A DNA stretch of 20,000 nucleotides, from the IMG/VR virus record IMGVR_UViG_2875450446_000004; one strand, 5' to 3'. Within the stretch, counting starts at the first letter, position 1; every line of letters starts with the position of its first letter. The DNA is from an uncultured virus (IMG/VR IMGVR_UViG_2875450446_000004). Lineage: Duplodnaviria; Heunggongvirae; Uroviricota; Caudoviricetes. Positions 14,276 through 20,000 of this stretch are shown here, in pieces. Position numbers and translations under genes: made by a program. Under the pieces are notes generated by a model. It was given only the letters and a program-made list of their open reading frames with translations. It had not been told where the DNA came from and ran no database searches.

Positions 14276-15205
14276 TCAAGAAACATTCTCTATATTGATT
14301 TTCAAATTGGATAAAAATGCGTTAATTTTTTCAACTAAATCACTACGATGAATCTTTATAAGTTCAGGGATATATCGTGAAATATGAACAAGGGTGACGT
14401 TCGGAAAGCTGTATACCCCATCGGATTTTTGCGCATATATTATAGTTAGATTTTCCGTGTGCTTTAGGTACTTAGAGAAAGTCTTACTAGCCCGATTAAA
14501 TGCTGTTTTTTCGCTAAGCTTAGCGTCAATCCAATGTGTTCCGTTAACAATAAAATCTGGAATACAATTTTCAATTCTTCTCTGTGATTCAACGCGCCCA
14601 GGGTAAATCACATCCAAAACCTCCCCGACAAGCTCCTCGAATTTATGCCCTTGTGTAATATAAAAAGATGAGTATGAATCGTTGAACAGTTCGTAAGAAA
14701 AATCCCATTCTTCGCAAAGTTTCCTAACACTATGACCGTAGAAGTTGCGTAAATATTTTTCGACGTGCCATAATTTATGTTTATAGATGTAGTCTCTTTT
14801 CAAGCCGTAAGGAAATGTATCCCTAACATAGATGTCCAATGCTTCCCGTTCGAGGTTTTCAAGTAAAACTTTTTTGTATTGTTGGAATTTAATTTCCGAA
14901 ATTCCGTACAACTCTTTTAATTCTTCGGACTTATATCGATTCTCTGAGACACGATAGTCCTGGTCAATGTAAAAGCACCGCTCTAATTCAAGCCGTTCCG
15001 GCTCCGCTGTCTGATCATAAAGACCGTACGCCCTAAGTGCATTTTCTACGCTTCCAAACGCCCTACGTAATCGAGTTCTCACTGCATCGTACGAGTACGT
15101 ATTTGACAAGTGGATTTCCTGCCGTAGATTTGTGACGTCTATTCCTTCATCGATCAGGTCGTCTAAGACACACAACGCACGTTCTTGCTTTTCCGTTAGA
15201 GTCAT
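14276..15205 (-). CDS. Protein with a C-terminal PD-(D/E)xK nuclease-like domain
   Basis: GHKFEELV...IPDFIV....IDAKLS; GAGGAGGTG RBS; first gene of the early operon. Confidence 0.65.
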   Translation of the reverse strand: MTLTEKQERALCVLDDLIDEGIDVTNLRQEIHLSNTYSYDAVRTRLRRAFGSVENALRAYGLYDQTAEPERLELERCFYIDQDYRVSENRYKSEELKELYGISEIKFQQYKKVLLENLEREALDIYVRDTFPYGLKRDYIYKHKLWHVEKYLRNFYGHSVRKLCEEWDFSYELFNDSYSSFYITQGHKFEELVGEVLDVIYPGRVESQRRIENCIPDFIVNGTHWIDAKLSEKTAFNRASKTFSKYLKHTENLTIIYAQKSDGVYSFPNVTLVHISRYIPELIKIHRSDLVEKINAFLSNLKINIENVS

Positions 15206-15224
15206 CCGACCACCTCCTCACAAG

Positions 15225-15254
15225 ATAATACCCGCGACTTTTTAAAACCGCACA
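15225..15254 (-). promoter_or_regulatory. 30-bp box, copy 2 (TGTGCG-N15-GGGTATTAT); putative phage-sigma promoter of the replication operon
   Basis: 28/30 identical to 3843-3872; ends about 5 nt upstream of the RBS of the 309-aa gene. Confidence 0.6.
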
Positions 15255-15283
15255 ATAAATTCGAAATTTTTCCGCCTTCACTT

Positions 15284-15428
15284 ATAACTGCGCAACGACT
15301 TTCCGAAATGGACACCGTTTTTAAAATTTCGCTGTCATAGATAACTGCGAAGTCATTTCCGGAATGGCACACGTTTTTCTGCGTTCATTATTAGTTGCGT
15401 ATAAAGTTTCCGGATCGGACAGCGTTTT
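15284..15428. repeat. Three degenerate ~38-bp direct repeats, wTAryTGCG-N6/7-TTTCCG-N4-GG-..CA..CGTTTT
   Basis: Units at 15284-15322, 15341-15378 and 15391-15428. Confidence 0.7.
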
Positions 15429-15431
15429 AGA

Positions 15432-15461
15432 CAAAAAAATAACCCGGCCAATCGGCCGAGT
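15432..15461 (-). terminator. Intrinsic terminator after the integrase
   Basis: Minus strand ACTCGGCC-GATT-GGCCGGGT followed by TATTTTTTT. Confidence 0.8.
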
Positions 15462-16520
15462 CTATTTGCGTCGCGTTTTTCGTTCCTTATTAAGTTTTCC
15501 AGTTATTTGTGCTAGAGGAGAATGTTTTTTATGTTGGGCTTTTAGCGACTGCTTTGACAAGTGAGTATATCGTTTCACCATTCGCATATCTGCGTGACCT
15601 AGAAGGGCTTGTAGGTGTCTTATATCTCCGCCATCCTCTAAAAACATCGTAGCGCCTGTGTGTCTTATCAGGTGTGGATGTACTCGTTTCTTTATGCCCG
15701 CTTTCTCCGCATAAGTATTTAGTCGCTGTCTGAAATGGTTTGTTGTCATTTTTTCTCCATAGTTTGTTAGGAAGACATAGTCACTATCAAAATCCTCATT
15801 TTCCTTAATTAATTCTTTTAAGAGGTTCATCGTCCTTTTTTCTAACGGGACAAATCTCCCTTTCCGTGTTTTGACGTCCCACGCGCTAAGATACACTGTG
15901 TCAGATGAGAAATCGACATTGTCCTCAGTTAACGACAATATCTCACCGACACGTGTCATCGAGTCGATTAAACAGGTTAACGCAACATAATCGCGAAACC
16001 CTACATACGAACGTTGATCCGGAATGGAAAGTAATTTCCGCATTTCATCCGGAGATAAGATATTGACCATCTCTTCCGGATCTGTCACCAATTTCGTCTC
16101 TTCGAAAGGATTTTCAGCCGCAGACCCTGCTTTTATACAAAAACGAAAAAACGTCCGCATAGTTTTTATGTAGTCGTTAACCGATTTCGGGGAGAGTCCG
16201 GGCGTCTTATGTTCGTCCTTCTTAAATTTATGGCCGTCGAATTTTACGCGCTCATGCAGGAGCCACGATACGAATCCGCGCGCAAAGTCAACGTCGATAT
16301 CTCGTATATCATCGCCTACACCGACCATCTTCGCGTACTCAAGTAAATAACGACAGGCACGCATATACCGATCTATTGTTTCGGGAGCCCTATTTTCCGC
16401 TCTCTTTGCGTCGCATAGTTTTTCAAACATCGTTGTTATCGAATAAATACCACTGCGTTTAGTCTTCGTTAAAGACCTTCCGTTTTTAACTCGCTTCCCC
16501 TTCCGTCGTTCTGAATGCAT
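15462..16520 (-). CDS. int: Tyrosine recombinase / phage integrase
   Basis: Catalytic R (MTRVGE), K (VKTRK), HLIRH, LGH and RYTH motifs; SAM-like core-binding domain; AGGAGG RBS; adjacent to the tRNA. Confidence 0.95.
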   Translation of the reverse strand: MHSERRKGKRVKNGRSLTKTKRSGIYSITTMFEKLCDAKRAENRAPETIDRYMRACRYLLEYAKMVGVGDDIRDIDVDFARGFVSWLLHERVKFDGHKFKKDEHKTPGLSPKSVNDYIKTMRTFFRFCIKAGSAAENPFEETKLVTDPEEMVNILSPDEMRKLLSIPDQRSYVGFRDYVALTCLIDSMTRVGEILSLTEDNVDFSSDTVYLSAWDVKTRKGRFVPLEKRTMNLLKELIKENEDFDSDYVFLTNYGEKMTTNHFRQRLNTYAEKAGIKKRVHPHLIRHTGATMFLEDGGDIRHLQALLGHADMRMVKRYTHLSKQSLKAQHKKHSPLAQITGKLNKERKTRRK

Positions 16521-16566
16521 GAAAAAACCGCCTCCTAAATTCGTTTAGAAGACGATTGATAATCGA

Positions 16567-16638
16567 TGCGCTACACTGTCGAATTTAGGTGCGTTACACT
16601 GCGATTAGTCATCGTGTAAGTCACCGTTTAGTCATCGT
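16567..16638. repeat. att-proximal direct repeats (2x TGCGyTACACTG; 3x TwAGTCAyCGT)
   Basis: 16567-16578 and 16590-16601; 16605-16615, 16617-16627 and 16628-16638. Confidence 0.65.
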
Positions 16639-16664
16639 TGATATAGCGCTGTTTATTCGCAAGA

Positions 16665-16737
16665 TGGAGCATAGCGGGCTCGAACCGCTGACCTCTACAC
16701 TGCCAGTGTAGCGCTCTCCCAGCTGAGCTAATGCCCC
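16665..16737 (-). tRNA. tRNA-Ala(GGC), CCA not encoded; prophage integration target
   Basis: GGGGCATTAGCTCAGCTGGGAGAGCGCTACACTGGCAGTGTAGAGGTCAGCGGTTCGAGCCCGCTATGCTCCA folds as a cloverleaf with G3:U70 and anticodon loop CTGGCAG. Confidence 0.97.
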
Positions 16738-16757
16738 GTATATTTGAGACATGATTT

Positions 16758-16786
16758 ATTATAGATGGAATTTTGGAGAAAAGCAA
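16758..16786 (-). promoter_or_regulatory. SigA promoter of tRNA-Ala
   Basis: TTGCTT (16786-16781), 17 bp, TATAAT (16763-16758). Confidence 0.8.
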
Positions 16787-16796
16787 GTGGTTTTTG

Positions 16797-16843
16797 ATGT
16801 GAAAAAGAAAATGCTCTGTTAGCCGGCATTTTCTTTTTCACAT
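16797..16843. terminator. Inverted repeat / terminator downstream of the ADP-ribosylglycohydrolase gene
   Basis: 18-bp perfect arms ATGTGAAAAAGAAAATGC / GCATTTTCTTTTTCACAT. Confidence 0.7.
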
Positions 16844-16850
16844 AGACAAT

Positions 16851-17885
16851 CTATCGCTCTGATTTTTCAAAGCAGAACTGAGCAAACCTTTCAGACAAAT
16901 CCAGAATGTCTTCTTTCCTTGCCAAGGCAGTGATCCATTCTTCCGGGATGCTTTCCATTTGATCATACATTCCAGCCATCGTACCTGTAATAAAGGCAAT
17001 TGTATCGGTGTCTTCCCCCAGGTTCACTGCTTCCAATACAGCATCAGAATAACGGTCATAATTGAGGAAACACCACAATGCCGCTTCTAAAGAATGCACA
17101 ACATAGCCGTCTGACATGATGTCTTCTCTTTTAACAGTCGCAATGTCATCATTGAGTATCCTCTTATAGGCAGAAAACTCATTTTCATACTCGGTTCCTC
17201 TCAAATTCTCCAGACAAGAATGAACAGCTTGTTTATATGCCTCTTTAGGAGAATGATTAAATAAATTTATTAAGAATTCTATATAAATGATGCATCCCAG
17301 CGTAGATCGGGGATGACGATGTGTAATAAAGGCCCACCGTTCGATCTCAGCTTGCCTTTTTGAAAACTCGGATTCGTTCCATAGTGTAAAAGCCAACGGA
17401 GATATTCTCATCAATGCTCCGTTTCCATTATCAAACTCAGATGCTCCGCCGCATTGTACCATTGGAACGCCCCTTTTGAAGCGCTCGATTGCATCATCAG
17501 TGGCTCTGCCAATATCAAACATGGTGCCGTATGGAGTCCAGTAGCCTTCCCGATACGCAGCAAACTTTTTCATCAATTCAGTCTCATCTTTTTCTTCGAT
17601 CAAATTCTCCATTAAACACAAAGTGAGTGATGTATCATCTGACCATGTTCCAGGCGGTTGATTATAAGTCCCGTACCCTGTCATTCCAGTGATATTTAAG
17701 TTTCTAGCTTTAAATTCCACAGGGACGCCCAGCGCATCACCGATAATTCCGCCAATGATAGTGGAGTACAGTCTTTTTTTAAAGTTAGATATATGTTTAT
17801 CATCGTTCAACTGAAACGATATTGTTCTTCTTTTCATTTGGCACACCTGCTTTGTTGATTCATCTTGAAAACGCATGGAGATCAA
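16851..17885 (-). CDS. ADP-ribosylglycohydrolase (DraG/ARH family); start uncertain
   Basis: IGDALGVPVEF, GTWSDDT, GNGALMR, THRH and VNLGEDTDT motifs. Confidence 0.93.
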   Translation of the reverse strand: MISMRFQDESTKQVCQMKRRTISFQLNDDKHISNFKKRLYSTIIGGIIGDALGVPVEFKARNLNITGMTGYGTYNQPPGTWSDDTSLTLCLMENLIEEKDETELMKKFAAYREGYWTPYGTMFDIGRATDDAIERFKRGVPMVQCGGASEFDNGNGALMRISPLAFTLWNESEFSKRQAEIERWAFITHRHPRSTLGCIIYIEFLINLFNHSPKEAYKQAVHSCLENLRGTEYENEFSAYKRILNDDIATVKREDIMSDGYVVHSLEAALWCFLNYDRYSDAVLEAVNLGEDTDTIAFITGTMAGMYDQMESIPEEWITALARKEDILDLSERFAQFCFEKSER

Positions 17886-17942
17886 TTTCCATGCGTTTTA
17901 GTTTTAAATCATATTCATTTAAAAATAATTATACATCAAATA

Positions 17943-18566
17943 TTATTTTCCTAAAATCAATCTTCTTATCTTCTCTTCAAACTGCATATTTATATTGAAA
18001 TCGTTTTTCCATAGATTTAAAAGAGAGATAACTTCTTTTAATTTTAAGGAAAAGTTATACAATACAAGAAATGCACTTGGAGCTTCTCTATCTTTAATTA
18101 AATAAACTTTTTTGAAGTCAGGAGTCATATAAAAAATATTATATAATCCATTTTTTGTTTGTTCTAAGTTAACAGCAATCTTTTTTTCTTTAAAAATTGA
18201 AAAATAATTCTCACCAATTTTCAAATCTAATAATTTATTTAAAGATTTTATTTCATTATCTTCTAACTCTAATATTTTATCTTGTGTTTCAATATCTCGA
18301 ATACGATCACCTAAAATTGAAACCGCATAAATACCGAGTGCACAAATTCCCTCTTCTTTATTATCAAATTCCTCTTTAATAAATTCATTCCCCCTTTGAT
18401 TTAATATTAAATAATACATATTGTTTTCCGTGTTTTCTTGAAGTTCAACAAATGTTTCTTGATAAATACAGTTATTAAACTTTTGATAAACCCCTATTTT
18501 ATTTTCTTCAGCATGACTTATAACCGCATAATCCTCACCAAGGTTTTCCTTCAACAAATTATGCAT
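17943..18566 (-). CDS. Hypothetical protein, probably a toxin immunity protein
   Basis: Very AT-rich; AAAAGGTGG RBS; NQRGN..KEEFDNKEEG segment resembles the neighbouring ORF; immunity role inferred from context. Confidence 0.55.
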   Translation of the reverse strand: MHNLLKENLGEDYAVISHAEENKIGVYQKFNNCIYQETFVELQENTENNMYYLILNQRGNEFIKEEFDNKEEGICALGIYAVSILGDRIRDIETQDKILELEDNEIKSLNKLLDLKIGENYFSIFKEKKIAVNLEQTKNGLYNIFYMTPDFKKVYLIKDREAPSAFLVLYNFSLKLKEVISLLNLWKNDFNINMQFEEKIRRLILGK

Positions 18567-18692
18567 TTCTATAGACCACCTTTTGTAATTGAAACTTCTT
18601 TTATATAACCTTTATCTATTGTATCATTGTGATATTTAAGAATTGTAAAATATTCACTCTCCGTCTCCATAACCTTATGTAGTTTCAATTAA

Positions 18693-18725
18693 AATCGACC
18701 ATCTATAATAGATAGATGGTCGATT
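18693..18725. terminator. 14-bp stem-loop after the 211-aa gene
   Basis: AATCGACCATCTAT-AATAG-ATAGATGGTCGATT. Confidence 0.65.
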
Positions 18726-18734
18726 AAAATTTCA

Positions 18735-19370
18735 TTATAAAAGAAAAGTATTTATGTCTCCTTCAGAGAAATAATTTGCTATTCCTTCAGCTTCCAACAA
18801 ATTTTTCACTTCATTTTCAAATTGATAAAGCAAATAAATTTTTTTGAACGCAATAAACAATGCTCTTTGATTTCGGATGGCTAATGTAGATTGAATCACA
18901 TTACCTTTATCGTTTACAAAAGAGACAATCGAACTTGTTTCGTCTTTCATCTCTAGCATAATCGCTCTATTTCTTACTTGTGATTGTCCCAAAGCAAATA
19001 AAGAAGCAGGGATCCCTAATATAGACATGGCTTTAAAAAGTTTACTTTGATCAAATGTAGGTCCACCTATATCCAACTCTTCATGTTCCATCACAAAACG
19101 CTGAAACTTTTCTAAAAAATAAAAAGTAGATAAACTATCCAAAAAAAAATGTTTTGCCCCTTCAACTTCAGTGTCAAATTCTTTTGTTATTTGCAAATAA
19201 GGGTTATTTTGTCTTTCAACCATAAACAAACCATAAGCCCATTTATCTTCGTCTCTCTTTAATATATAAAAATTTTCATACGGAGCAACATTCTCTTTAA
19301 TGCAACTATCTTCAAGAGTAGTTGATTTCCCCAGCTTATTCAAAATTTTATGAGCTTGATTGATATTCAC
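18735..19370 (-). CDS. Hypothetical protein, probably a toxin immunity protein
   Basis: 211 aa; VERQ....KEFDTEVEG segment; immunity role inferred from context. Confidence 0.55.
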   Translation of the reverse strand: MNINQAHKILNKLGKSTTLEDSCIKENVAPYENFYILKRDEDKWAYGLFMVERQNNPYLQITKEFDTEVEGAKHFFLDSLSTFYFLEKFQRFVMEHEELDIGGPTFDQSKLFKAMSILGIPASLFALGQSQVRNRAIMLEMKDETSSIVSFVNDKGNVIQSTLAIRNQRALFIAFKKIYLLYQFENEVKNLLEAEGIANYFSEGDINTFLL

Positions 19371-19643
19371 TGAAAGTCCACCACATTTATTTTAATAAAC
19401 TTTGTCAATGAGCTACGGTCGTTGAGCTTGCCTTTTGCTTTCAGTCGCATGCGTTTTTGATTATATCTCATTTGAGTCATACAGCAACTCTTAGCTTTTT
19501 CTGCTTCTCAAAAAAATAAAGTGTATCGATATTCGTCTGAATCAACCCCATCGTTATCATCAGCGTCTCTTGGGATAGAGAACAAGCAAGACAAAAGTTT
19601 GTTTACCGTAACTGCTTCATTTATTTTTAACTATTGTGTATCA

Positions 19644-20000
19644 CTATTCTGCTGAAGGGTTATAATCAACCTCAACATTTTTTAGTCCTTCTATTACTTT
19701 ATTTATTCGTCTTGATAAATCTTTTATTTCTTCTAATGCTAATTCACCTTCTGCTTCTTGTGGGTTAAACCTGCTTAGCCTGTTTGTGATACCATTAATA
19801 CGCCCAACGAAAACTTTATCCTGACCGATTAAAATTTCTCCAATAGCAGTATCAACAATAACATCTTCTATCGTGCCTAAGTTGTCAAATTCATCTGCTA
19901 ATTTTGCTATTGCATACCTATGTCCCCTATCTTCGTCTAACAACTCTTCATATGTCTCTTGAATTGCATCAAATAATTCATTATACTCCCAATCTTTCAT
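19644..20000 (-). CDS. Imm3-like immunity protein
   Basis: MKDWEYNELFDAIQETYEE...AIAKLADEFDNLG.IEDVIVDTAIGEI resembles Bacillus Imm3-family proteins as I recall them; acidic, 118 aa. Confidence 0.65.
   Translation of the reverse strand: MKDWEYNELFDAIQETYEELLDEDRGHRYAIAKLADEFDNLGTIEDVIVDTAIGEILIGQDKVFVGRINGITNRLSRFNPQEAEGELALEEIKDLSRRINKVIEGLKNVEVDYNPSAE

Larger units (their letters stand above)
1..16700. mobile_element. Temperate Bacillus prophage (integration, early/replication and arbitrium modules), running off the left edge of the window; att junction in or near the tRNA-Ala 3' half
   Basis: Tyrosine integrase directly downstream of a tRNA; tightly packed co-oriented phage replication genes (loader, helicase, primase, SSB); aimR/aimP. 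The exact att core cannot be fixed without the other prophage end. Confidence 0.92.

Noticed and set aside
15284..15428. Repeat units as a mini CRISPR array
   Set aside because: Repeats are degenerate with internal variable blocks, the gaps are only 12-18 bp, and no cas genes are present.
866..15564. Plus-strand and nested ORFs in the track (e.g. 866-1219, 7140-7403, 8030-8326, 10381-10671, 12894-13178, 13862-14116, 15364-15564)
   Set aside because: They overlap well-supported minus-strand genes or regulatory DNA, lack RBSs and have no recognisable motifs.

Overview
Bacillus-type genomic window. Positions 1 to ~16,700 are one end of a temperate prophage integrated at the 3' end of a CCA-less tRNA-Ala(GGC) gene (16665-16737, minus strand), with a tyrosine integrase next to it. 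On the minus strand the integrase is followed by an early/replication operon: PD-(D/E)xK nuclease-like protein, small wHTH initiator-like protein with a candidate origin, many small phage ORFs, DnaC-like loader, DnaB-like helicase and TOPRIM primase. Next come two plus-strand Xre/Cro HTH genes and a divergent arbitrium module: aimR plus an unannotated 40-aa aimP ending in the probable mature peptide DPVPGG. The position usually taken by aimX holds a SigH/ComX-like sigma factor gene, followed by an SSB and a resolvase-like nuclease. A near-identical 30-bp promoter-like box lies upstream of both the sigma gene and the replication operon, which suggests a peptide-controlled AimR -> phage sigma -> replication circuit with positive feedback, opposed by an antisense SigA promoter. 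Beyond the tRNA (16851-20000) is an AT-rich, probably host, cluster of toxin-immunity-like genes (ADP-ribosylglycohydrolase, two unknowns, Imm3-like). All family assignments come from motif recognition by eye; no database searches were run.
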